64,000 nucleotides of DNA from Nitrosopumilus sp. GTDB taxonomy: Archaea; Thermoproteota; Nitrososphaeria; Nitrososphaerales; Nitrosopumilaceae. Positions 29,977-38,976 of the stretch are shown piece after piece. The stretch spans positions 256,001 to 320,000 of the forward strand of contig OZ244651.1 in NCBI GenBank assembly GCA_965218695.1, written 5' to 3'. Below the pieces are notes generated by a model. That model saw only the letters and a program-made list of their open reading frames with translations, was not told the origin of the DNA and did no database searches. The position numbers and the translations under genes were made by a program. Position 1 is the stretch's first letter. Each line of letters starts with the position of its first letter.

Positions 29977-31023
29977 CTAAACCGGGGTCAGCGGGGTGTA
30001 CCTGAGCCCATCCATCTCGTCAAAGCCGCACATTACGTTCATGTTCTGGATGGCCGAGCCTGCAGCCCCTTTCATCAGATTGTCTGATGCAGAGAGTGCT
30101 ATCAGCCTGTTGTTGTCCTCGTCTATGTCAAACCCAACATCGCAAAAGTTCGAACCCACCACAAACTTGGGATCCGGAAACTTGTACGTCCCCTTCTTGT
30201 CCCGTATCAGTCTGACAAACCTTTCCTCGCCATAGGCCTTGCGGTATATCTTCCACACCTCCTTTTCGCTTATGTCCTTGTTCAGGAATGTGTGGTTTGT
30301 ACACAGGATTCCGCGTACCACGTCGACTGCGTGCGGACTCATCGATATGCTGATCTTTCTTCCTGCAATCTCGCCTAGTTCCTGTTCAATCTCGCCTGTA
30401 TGCCTGTGCCTTGCCGGTTTGTACGGTCTGATTACGCCTGCCCTCATTGCGTGATCCGTTCCCGTGCCGGAGCCGGCACCTGACGATCCGATTTTAGAGT
30501 CCACGATGATGTGATCCGTATTTATTACATTTTCCCTGATCAGTGGGGCTAGCGCGAGTATGGACGTGACTGCCATGCATCCCGGACATGAGACCAGCTG
30601 TGCGTTTCGAATCTCCTCCCTGTGAAGCTCGGGCACGCCAAAGACTGACTTGGGGAGGTAGTCCGGATGCGGATGGGTCCAACCATACCATTTGTCATAA
30701 CCGTCCTTGTCATGCAGCCTGTAGTCTGCGCTCAAATCAATTATCTTCAGCCCCCTGTCGTACAGGGCCGATACTATCTCACTTGCCGTTCCGTGGGGGA
30801 CTGCAGTGAAGATGAGATCACACTTGTCGGCAAGCCTGTCGTAGTTTTGCTCTGAAAATACGAGATCCGTGAATCCCTTCAGGCTTGGCTGAACCCTGTG
30901 GAGGTACTCTCCCACGTACTTTCTTGATGTAATCTGGGTAACCTCTATCCTTGGATGGTTTATGAGAAGACGGATCGTCTCGCCCCCGACATAGCCTGAC
31001 GCGCCTACGATCCCCACCCTCAT
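29977..31023 (-). CDS. lysY: [LysW]-phosphate reductase (ArgC/LysY)
   Basis: GASGYVG, IDLSADYR, PGCMA, DNLMKGAAGSAIQNMN. Confidence 0.95.
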   Translation of the reverse strand: MRVGIVGASGYVGGETIRLLINHPRIEVTQITSRKYVGEYLHRVQPSLKGFTDLVFSEQNYDRLADKCDLIFTAVPHGTASEIVSALYDRGLKIIDLSADYRLHDKDGYDKWYGWTHPHPDYLPKSVFGVPELHREEIRNAQLVSCPGCMAVTSILALAPLIRENVINTDHIIVDSKIGSSGAGSGTGTDHAMRAGVIRPYKPARHRHTGEIEQELGEIAGRKISISMSPHAVDVVRGILCTNHTFLNKDISEKEVWKIYRKAYGEERFVRLIRDKKGTYKFPDPKFVVGSNFCDVGFDIDEDNNRLIALSASDNLMKGAAGSAIQNMNVMCGFDEMDGLRYTPLTPV

Positions 31024-31541
31024 GATTATCTAACAGATTATGGAGCATATTTAGAGTTTGTCAAAACCGACCCGTCATATGTCGTGATGGTGATTGTACA
31101 TGCTTGTGGGTATCTGCTGTAAGCCTTCGGTTCCTCAAGTCTCAAAGCCCCGGCCGGTTCTGGCAGTTTGAGGCCCCGGTTGCTGCCCGAACCCATGGTA
31201 GAAACGGCCTGCAGTCCCCTCCTCTTATTTAAAATCAAAGTGTATTTTTGGACGCATCGCACATTTGCACTCCTGGGCAGGATGGACGGGGACGCGCATT
31301 TTATGTGGCATGTGATGCTGCCTGTGTCCGTCCCGGTTAATCATCGGCTGCCGGCATCGGTCTGCAAATTGATGAAGACATGACGTCAATATTGGCGCCT
31401 TTTATTGCAGTTCCGGGAGAACCTGGAGGCATCCAATAATTAACGGTGCCCCAGTTTTCTCTCGAATACTACGGTTCTTTCCAAAAATATTATGGATAAA
31501 ACGACAGTAAATCCTGACGTGGTCGACGGCGGGAATAATCA

Positions 31542-31775
31542 CTACAAATGTCTCTTGGAACGTATTTTGGAATATATTTTGAAACCTATGAACAGTAATA
31601 TTGCAATACTCGTTGCAAATAAAATCAACGTAATTGGATTTTCCATGACATAAGAGGGCCCAAACGACGTTAAATCCAGACGGATCTGCTGTGCCAGCAG
31701 CATCGAGCCGGCTCCAAGTATTGCCAGCCCGCAAAAACCGAACAATAACCTGGGATAAACCAGCCTAGATGACAT
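31542..31775 (-). CDS. Small 2-TM membrane protein (77 aa)
   Basis: MSSRLVYPRLLFGFCGLAILGAGSMLLA...PITLILFATSIAILLFIGFKIYSKIRSKRHL; AT-rich. Confidence 0.6.
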   Translation of the reverse strand: MSSRLVYPRLLFGFCGLAILGAGSMLLAQQIRLDLTSFGPSYVMENPITLILFATSIAILLFIGFKIYSKIRSKRHL

Positions 31776-31822
31776 GGATTGTAATGTCAGACATATCCAA
31801 TAAACATTTTCCTGTACGCCGT

Positions 31823-33367
31823 GTATGAATTCACCTGTCCTTCCTGTCACAAAAAAATGATCATACTGATCCATATGCTGGCAATACACATCACTTTACA
31901 TGGTAAATTCACGGCACATGAGCAGGGACCAGCTAAAAGAGGAACTCCTAGCACGGAACCGGGAGATTGCCACCCTCAAATCCGATCTTGAGAAGGCACT
32001 TGGCAGGATAGAACGTCTTGAAAGGGCCTTGGGGTACAGCGAACGCCTCATGACATACTATACAAACCCCAACACGCCGCCCTCATCTGAATCCCTGGAA
32101 TGGAAGGCCCAGAAGAGGGAGCGGGCAAAAAAACAGGAAAAGGAGGGCAAATCCAAGCGCGGGGGAAGAAAGGGACACGCGGGGGCGTCGCGCCCCCACG
32201 ACCCGGAAAGGACCGTATCCCACAGGTTCGGGCGCAGGAAGTCGGGCAGGAGGCGGGTGCCGGTGCTCCCGGAATGCGGGTGCGGCGGCGGCGGCGGCCG
32301 GATGGCGATTGGCAGTCCGCGCGTGCGGGACATCACGGACATCAGGGTGACTGCGTGCGAGACGCGGCACCGCGTGGAGACTGCAGTATGCGGCTCATGC
32401 GGCCGCAGGGAAGATGCTCCAAACGACCTGCCGCGGCGGGGCAACTTCGGCAAGGGCATGGTCGGACTCGTCTCAGAACTGCGCGCGGCACGGGTGCCGC
32501 TCAAGGGAATCTCGGTCGCGGTGCGCTCCATAACGGGCATTATGCTTGCAGGATCCACCGTCAACAACATCATGGCACGCGTCGGGGACGCCTCGGGCCA
32601 CGAGGCAGGCAGGATCCTCGGGGAAGTGGAGGCTTCTGACTGTGCCGGGTTTGACGAAACCAGCTGGCGAAACGACGGCCAGAAGGTACACGCAAACGTG
32701 GCACAGTCGGGCAAAAACATCGCAATAAACATCAGCCAGAGCAGGGCCACGCTCATGCTCGATGCCATGGACAAATTTGACGGGGTGGCGATAACTGACG
32801 GGTACACCGGATATGACAGGTTTGACAAGGACGGCATGCACCAGTCGTGCTGGGCGCACGACCTCCGGCAGACAAGGCACCTGGCAGAAAAATACTGCGC
32901 CGTGCCTCCCGAGACCAAACGTGTCCGGCGGCGGCAGCAGCAGCTCCACGAGGACCACAAGTGGGTGTTTGAGAGGGCAAAACTGCTGGCCGCGCAGGAG
33001 GCGCGCTCGCCACAGCTGCGGCATACGATGAACCGCACCATGCAGGACGTGCTTGACCGGTACCGCGATGCCGGTGGTGGTGGTGACGATGACGACATGC
33101 AAAAGGTGCTGGACAAGCTCGAGAGGCACCTGCACCGCATGTTTGCGTTCCTGGAGCATCCCGGCGTCGAGCCTACAAACAACGCCAGCGAGAGGGCGCT
33201 GCGCTACCTGGTGGTGTTCCGCAAGATAAGCGGGCAGACCAAGGGCGGCTCCAAGGCCATGAAGCGCCTTGCAGATTTTGTCACGTGCGTCCTCACGTGG
33301 AGGGCACATGGCAAGAGCGTGGCCGAAGAAGTTGGTCGACTGATATAAGGGGCAGGTGAATTCATAC
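31823..33367 (+). mobile_element. IS66-family element, copy C1
   Basis: TIR GTATGAATTCACCTG; 8-bp TSD TACGCCGT (31815-31822, 33368-33375). Confidence 0.95.
31900..33348 (+). CDS. IS66 transposase
   Basis: NPNTPPSS, GFDETS, ITDGY, QSCWAH, EPTNNASERALR. Confidence 0.93.
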   Translation: MVNSRHMSRDQLKEELLARNREIATLKSDLEKALGRIERLERALGYSERLMTYYTNPNTPPSSESLEWKAQKRERAKKQEKEGKSKRGGRKGHAGASRPHDPERTVSHRFGRRKSGRRRVPVLPECGCGGGGGRMAIGSPRVRDITDIRVTACETRHRVETAVCGSCGRREDAPNDLPRRGNFGKGMVGLVSELRAARVPLKGISVAVRSITGIMLAGSTVNNIMARVGDASGHEAGRILGEVEASDCAGFDETSWRNDGQKVHANVAQSGKNIAINISQSRATLMLDAMDKFDGVAITDGYTGYDRFDKDGMHQSCWAHDLRQTRHLAEKYCAVPPETKRVRRRQQQLHEDHKWVFERAKLLAAQEARSPQLRHTMNRTMQDVLDRYRDAGGGGDDDDMQKVLDKLERHLHRMFAFLEHPGVEPTNNASERALRYLVVFRKISGQTKGGSKAMKRLADFVTCVLTWRAHGKSVAEEVGRLI

Positions 33368-33499
33368 TACGCCGTTTAACTATACCAAGAGTAAAAAATT
33401 CATATGATTATTAAATAATTTCAACTCATATGGTAATGTGATCATCCCACGTGATCCAGTCAATGAAGACCAAGACGATGTTGAAAAGATACGCCACTG

Positions 33500-34835
33500 C
33501 AGTAATCCCAGATGTGCTCACGGAGCCACGGGATCTGGCGGTGGCTCGGGCTGAATCGTAATATTCCGATAGATTGCTATTAGCGTGACAATTTTCATAT
33601 ACAGCTGCGTCACCGGAAGGACTCCGTCACGCAGCTTCAGAAAGCTGGCCAGCTGCGCGTTTACCAGCACCCACGCATTGAATAGCATCAGCGAGTACAG
33701 AAAGCAGAAAAGCCGGGCAGGCCTACTGCTGCCGAACGATTTCGCCCTGGCATTCTCTACCAGTCTGTAGCATGTCTCGATGGTCCACCTTTTGGAATAT
33801 TCCTCTACATCCATCCACGGGGCATTGGTGGCAAACGCAATGTATCGATCTTCCGGCGCACCTGCCTTCTTGTCCCCGTTCTTCGCCCCCTCACTTTCCT
33901 TCCTTACTCTCTTCTTCTCTGCTATGATCATGTGGTACTGAACCGTTGCCTTGTCAGAATTCGTCATGTCGGATTTTGAGATGGGGCCGAGCGTTTTGGC
34001 CACGAACTTGCGCAGCGAGTCTTTCACCCTACTGGTTCTGGTGCACGGCATCAGGTACTCAAGGCTAAGACGCTCAATCTCGGATATTGAGTTCACTGAA
34101 AAGAAGCCCCTGTCAACCAGGATCAGTCCCAGCCTGGATCCGACGGCGGAGACGTTTTCTAGGCACGAATTGAGGATTTCACGCAGGGATTCGTGCACGG
34201 ATGAGGACTTGCCCACGTATAGGGCCGCAAGGATAAGCCGCGATTTGGAGTTGACGCACTGCGCCGTGATGTACGCCTCGAATCTGTTGGTGCCGCTCTT
34301 GCGCTCTCCGCCTCTCAGGTCAGAGCCAAGTTTCTTGCTGTGGCACGGTATCAGGTGCATGTCGATGGCCACATCAAGCACATCAGGCAGCCTGCCAAAC
34401 AGGTAAAGCTCATCCAGCTGTGCCCTTACCGCCTGGTTAAAAGTCTCAAGCGCCTTACCCTCGTCCGTCTTGGACAGGATATCGCGAAACCACTCGTCGC
34501 TTGGAGAATGACGTGAATATCTTGGATTCTCGATGGACTGCGCCGTGATTTCTCTCATGGCGAAGCTGCATCCGCCGACCGAAGTGTCAAGCATCGCGGC
34601 ATGCAGCATGCCAACGTTAAAGTCGCTTGCGCCATATGTCGCGTTGTACCTTTTGGAGACCTCGGCGGACGGCACGATGCTTTCTCTCAGCACCTTCTCA
34701 ACAGATTCATATATTTTGCCATTGTTCATCATATCGCGTCTCAGGCGATCTTTTTGGTGGTACATAAGGATCGTCTGGGCGTGCCCCCATTGATCTGTTT
34801 GCATCAGGTGCTAGATGGCACATCTGGGATTACTG
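33500..34835 (-). mobile_element. ISH3-type element (lineage C) nested in IS630
   Basis: Perfect 18-bp TIR CAGTAATCCCAGATGTGC; 5-bp TSD CACTG (33495-33499, 34836-34840). Confidence 0.95.
33518..34804 (-). CDS. ISH3/IS4-like transposase
   Basis: VAIDMH, LVDRGFF, YSKRWTIETCYR, PEPPP tail. Confidence 0.9.
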   Translation of the reverse strand: MQTDQWGHAQTILMYHQKDRLRRDMMNNGKIYESVEKVLRESIVPSAEVSKRYNATYGASDFNVGMLHAAMLDTSVGGCSFAMREITAQSIENPRYSRHSPSDEWFRDILSKTDEGKALETFNQAVRAQLDELYLFGRLPDVLDVAIDMHLIPCHSKKLGSDLRGGERKSGTNRFEAYITAQCVNSKSRLILAALYVGKSSSVHESLREILNSCLENVSAVGSRLGLILVDRGFFSVNSISEIERLSLEYLMPCTRTSRVKDSLRKFVAKTLGPISKSDMTNSDKATVQYHMIIAEKKRVRKESEGAKNGDKKAGAPEDRYIAFATNAPWMDVEEYSKRWTIETCYRLVENARAKSFGSSRPARLFCFLYSLMLFNAWVLVNAQLASFLKLRDGVLPVTQLYMKIVTLIAIYRNITIQPEPPPDPVAP

Positions 34836-36921
34836 CACTGAGACCGATTGCAAGATCAAGGATCGCATGATGCTCATCATCAGGGTCCAGCGTGACAGAA
34901 TAACCATAAGGGATTCTGCAAAATCCCTTGGCAAGTCGCCCTCGTGGGGCTACAAGTGGCATGAGCGCTACCTGGAAGTGGGATTTGACCGACTGGAGGA
35001 CATGCCACGCTCCGGCAGGCCGACCAAGGCGGGCAAGGCAGACATGAAGAAGATCAGAAAGAATGCATGCAAGAAGACTGTATGGACGGGCAGGGAGATG
35101 CAGGAATACATCCTGCAGAGAACCGGCGTAAAGTACGATCTCGGATACGTGCGCAAGTTGCTGCGTGGATGGGGCTATTCCCAGAAGGTTCCCGTGGGAA
35201 GGCACGCAAGCAGGGCCTCTGACGAGGAGATCAGGGAATTCCAAAAGTCAATGCCGGAGATTATAAAAAAAGAACAGTGAAGGGGCAGTCGTGGCGATAC
35301 AGGACGAGTCCATAGTGATCTCCGATGCGCGGCCGCGGAGGCGTGGCTACACCAGGAAGGGAATGCGGGCGCTTTACACGTACACGGGCTCGCACTCCAA
35401 GACTGTACTCCACGGCCTGATCACCACAGACGGCAGGGGGATGTTCCGACAGTACGACAGGTTCAACCGGCACACCTTTGCGGATTTTTTGAGGCAGGCA
35501 GTATACAAATTCAAGAAGATCTGCCTGATCATGGACAAGGCCTCCCAGCACAGGGCGACAAAGATACGCGAGCTGGTTGAGAAGACAGACGGCCTGGAGA
35601 TAGTCTTCCTGCCCACGGCATCCCCGGACCTGAGCGCCATAGAGACGTACTGGAGGGATCTTAAGCGGGCAGTCCTTGACGTGCCGTACACCAGCCTGCG
35701 CATGCTCCGGGAGGCCATCACCAGGTACACGCGGTATACGAAGCCGAACCTGGCAGTTGAAAACTTCCTGTACAGGGCCATCTAAGACAGCATCAAATTA
35801 CGCCGGAGGCACGTCTAGCGTGTGCCATGCACGGTGCTTCAATTGTCCAGGATACCGGACGTTTGGGGTGTCTTTTCCCATCATTTGAGTATCACATACG
35901 CCATGATTTTCAGATGCAGCTGCCGCATCAATCATTTATGGGCAATTTTGATATGAATTTTTAATTCTTGGTATAGCCTAATCTGCATCAAACCCATTGA
36001 TGTTTATTTCGTGATTTTTTAGACAATAAATCATGAGGCGTGAATTTTATCTTCAAGATGCTGATCAGTTACGCTAAATGCGGATTCTGCAGACATGTGC
36101 TGGCGCGCTTGCCATGTTGCATGTGTGGGAATAATGGGCGCCATTTTCCGTATCTGAAATGATCTCTACTTCGGATATTCTTCGCGGATATGGCGTGACT
36201 CTCTGATCCGCGGCATGGCAGATGGTCCCTGAGACATAATCCGTAATTAGCAGTTAGGCAAAGTGGACGTGGGTGCTAGGCACAGATTCACGACAAATCG
36301 TTCATTACGGATTATGTCTCATGGATAGACAGCATTTTTTGTATTTTTCCCCCGAACCGCAGGGGCAGCGTTCGTTTCTGCCTACCTTCGGGATTGTGTG
36401 TGGCCCGGCACTGCCTCTGTCGCCGTCTGCATATTTGTATGGGTTCTCATCGGGATACGAGAAAATGTACAGGGGATCCATTGGAACCCCGCGTGATGGA
36501 TTGAACGTGCCAGCATATGCGCCGTCAAGATAATCCAGATCGAAATAATCATCTCGGATAAAGCCTGTCTCCAACGAGTCCTTTAGGTATCCGTACAGGT
36601 CGGGATCTTTCAGGTCCAGCAGGACATTGACAAGTACGGTCCTTGTTACAATGTCAGTCTCGTTTTGTGCGGCATCCTTTATCGATGCAACTATGCCAGA
36701 TTTTACCTCCGGATTGTCCATGGCGATCATAATCAACGCGTCTGCCGTGCCGCCTCGCACGAACATGTCTGCACCATCGTACCGCATGAGGGCAGTCAAC
36801 GTCGGTATGGCACCGACCCCCATGTGTGCCAGCACGTACGGCATGTCCTCGGTCAGCCAGTCGCCGGTTTCTTCATAATGCTTTATGATGGCTGTGTTTA
36901 TGACCAGCTGCGCCCTGTAAT

Positions 36922-38395
36922 AGAAACTATGCGTAATCCCTCCATTTCGCTGAATTAAACCGGAAAATGTTAAAAATTCTGATTTAATTCCCGTCATGTC
37001 AAGCGTGTGCGAACCCGTCCTGCCCGAAATGCGAAATAACGTGCGCAGCCTTGCAGCACCGCGATGTGCACGGAATTAATTGTTTGAAACGGCGCTGCCG
37101 GGGACGTTTGCCTGTTCCCAGTTTATTACCGGCCCCAGATTGCCGCCTGAAGGGGGTCCCTTCTCCAGGTAGTTCCACACGAGGTCCAGGTTTACAAGCC
37201 CTGTTATTATGTTAAATTCCCTGTTAAAGTCGCCAATCTTTCCCTTGTATGGCGCGGTAAGCCGGCCGTACCGCTTCAGCCTGCCAATGGAGTGCTCTAC
37301 CTTTACCCGGGCGGAATTGATTTTGTGGTTGTGTTCTTTTTCCTCCTTTGTAAAGCGCTTGTGGTTCTTGGTCTTCTTGTGCGGCTGCAGGGTGTTTGTA
37401 CCGGGCATATCCTTTGCGATTCCCTTGTAACCGCGGTCAGTAAGGGTGTGGATCCTGTCCTCTTCGGGGGTGTTCTCGTCGCACATGCGGTCCCACCACT
37501 TTCCAAATGGCAGCGGGCTCTCCCTGAGAAGCGTGATGTCGTGGACGGATCCCACGGTGCTGTCGGATATGGCGACTATCACCCCGTTTTCGTTTATGCA
37601 CACGGTGGTATTGAGGGTGAACTTTTTCTTCTTGCCAGAATACATCATGCTTCTCATCTGTTTTTCGTCCGGCCTCTGTATGGGGCAGTGCGTGCCGTCG
37701 ATCATCATGATGCCCCCGTCAGGTCCGGAAATTATTTTTTTGAGATCCTCTTTTGTCTCCGTGTCTGCCATCTCCTTTGAGATGTTGGCAGCAGTGGGCA
37801 GCGCCACGTCAAGCACCTCGTCTAGTACATCGATATACCGGGACACGGTTGCCTGGTCTATTCCAAAGAATGCCGCAAGCACGCCCTGCGTGGGGTTGCC
37901 CTTTTTGTACATCAGTGACATGAGCAGCGCGTGCCTTGGGTACAGCTTGCAGCGGTTCCCGGGATCCGATGCCCTCGTCTCGTCATTCCTGAAGAGTGGG
38001 GATTTGCCGCTTTGCCTTATCCACGCCTCGGCCCTGTCAAGTATGTATTGGAACTGTTCCCTGCACTTCAGCGTCGCGTCATGAAGATTTTTCTCGACTC
38101 TGATGATGTCGTCAAGCACCTCCACGCGGTGCAACAGGGCGGGCTCTCCTGCGGCTCCGGATTCGGAACCGTCCCGTGTGCGCCACAGGCTTTGCTCGTG
38201 CCTGGCAGCTGCGTCCTGGCGCTTGATTATGTCTCTGAGAGCCTTATTCTCTTTTTGCAGGTCGCTTGTTTTCTGATTCGACAACAGTATGAACCGGCAT
38301 ATTTTGGTTTTAATTGAATGGATCATAAATTTTTGACAGCAGGGCTAACATGTCAACGCGGAGTTTGAAAAAATTCTGGATTACGCATATTTTCT
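36922..38395 (-). mobile_element. IS5-family (DDE_Tnp_4 / ISL2-like) element
   Basis: TIR AGAAA(C/A)TATGCGTAATCC (17/18); 3-bp TSD AAT (36919-36921, 38396-38398). Confidence 0.92.
37076..38326 (-). CDS. IS5-family transposase
   Basis: LAAFFGIDQATVSR HTH; MIDGTHCPIQRP; YSGKKK; GSVHD; TDRGYKG; RVKVEHSIGRLK. Confidence 0.92.
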   Translation of the reverse strand: MIHSIKTKICRFILLSNQKTSDLQKENKALRDIIKRQDAAARHEQSLWRTRDGSESGAAGEPALLHRVEVLDDIIRVEKNLHDATLKCREQFQYILDRAEAWIRQSGKSPLFRNDETRASDPGNRCKLYPRHALLMSLMYKKGNPTQGVLAAFFGIDQATVSRYIDVLDEVLDVALPTAANISKEMADTETKEDLKKIISGPDGGIMMIDGTHCPIQRPDEKQMRSMMYSGKKKKFTLNTTVCINENGVIVAISDSTVGSVHDITLLRESPLPFGKWWDRMCDENTPEEDRIHTLTDRGYKGIAKDMPGTNTLQPHKKTKNHKRFTKEEKEHNHKINSARVKVEHSIGRLKRYGRLTAPYKGKIGDFNREFNIITGLVNLDLVWNYLEKGPPSGGNLGPVINWEQANVPGSAVSNN

Positions 38396-38644
38396 AATGT
38401 TTCATCTTGGCCAGAATATGTATTGCACATATTGGAACCAAGCTGTCATCATCCAGATCGTTCCAGTACTCATCATCTGTCGCAAGTTGTGCCAAAAGAT
38501 GGAACGACTCTTCCCCCATTTCCAATATGCCGCGTACGGTCTTCTCGTCAGTGTAGATTCCGTCCGATTCCAGTATGGAGATCATGCTTGCCATAACCAA
38601 CAAGCCATGTGAAACGCCGCGATTCATTAATGTTGTTCAGTGGC

Positions 38645-38800
38645 GGCTCTGTAAAGTTACGGTGACCCGCGACTTGACTGATCCGCATCGACTAAAGTAT
38701 TCGAATCCGGCTTCCCAGATCTAGCCCTCACCACCATCGCTTCACTTGCGGATCCGACTGAGCCAAACCACCACAGCCCACGCGCCAGGATGTTGCGCCC
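38645..38800 (-). ncRNA. Putative TnpB omegaRNA/reRNA scaffold overlapping the tnpB 3' end
   Basis: Lies after RuvC-III; 8-bp stem GATCCGCA/TGCGGATC (38747-38754 with 38680-38687); ends in an IS6-like TIR. The 5' boundary is a guess. Confidence 0.45.
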
Positions 38801-38821
38801 AGCATTCTTGTCACGATCCAT
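38657..38821 (-). pseudogene. tnpB: C-terminal remnant of a TnpB RNA-guided nuclease; absent from the ORF track
   Basis: MDRDKNAGRNILARGLWWFGSVGSASEAMVVRARSGKPDSNTLVDADQSSRGSP*; DRDxNAxxNIL is the RuvC-III motif; truncated at the IS5 inner end. Confidence 0.8.
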
Positions 38822-38976
38822 GAGACATCATCATCCGTAATTGGGCATAACCACGCGATTGGGCACATTGTCGAACCAAATCCGGTCGGTTGCAGGGATT
38901 ACAGGTCAATTCGGGCTCACCCAATGATCAAAACGATACGTCAGTCGTGTTTTATTCTGATTTCCAATGTCAAAGC

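Larger units (their letters stand above)
33463..35785 (+). pseudogene. IS630 transposase (HTH ORF plus DDE ORF joined by a +1 shift at an A7 run), disrupted by ISH3
   Basis: Excising the ISH3 gives MKTKTMLKRYAT-ETDCKIKDRMMLII...PRSGRP; ORF B has IQDES, IMDKASQH, SPDLSAIETYW. Confidence 0.88.
33383..35973 (+). mobile_element. IS630-family element interrupted by an ISH3
   Basis: IR CTATACCAAGAGTAAAAAATTCATAT (33380-33405) vs 35951-35976 (24/26, including the flanking TA target). Confidence 0.85.
31394..36142. mobile_element. Candidate miniature TIR element (~0.6 kb without the nested ISs) carrying a small membrane-protein gene
   Basis: Imperfect IR GGCGCCTTTTATTGC vs GGCGCCCATTATTCC (12/15); 3-bp direct flanks ATT; AT-rich interior. 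Confidence 0.4.
36305..38627 (-). pseudogene. DUF1186-like helical-repeat protein with a C-terminal SEC-C zinc motif, split by IS5
   Basis: Removing 36922-38395 plus the TSD joins HILAKMKH to YRAQLVINTA in frame; C-terminus KVGRNERCPCGSGEKYKKCC. Confidence 0.88.

Noticed and set aside
32058-33182. 374-aa antisense ORF in IS66 (also 50001-51113) and similar shadow ORFs in other transposases
   Set aside because: Typical antisense frames of GC-rich coding DNA; conservation between copies only reflects IS identity; no motifs.
36922-36997. ORF-track starts at 36997, 49777, 31889, 14633 and 7452
   Set aside because: These N-terminal extensions read out of IS DNA or upstream of the likely start; true starts or upstream halves lie elsewhere.
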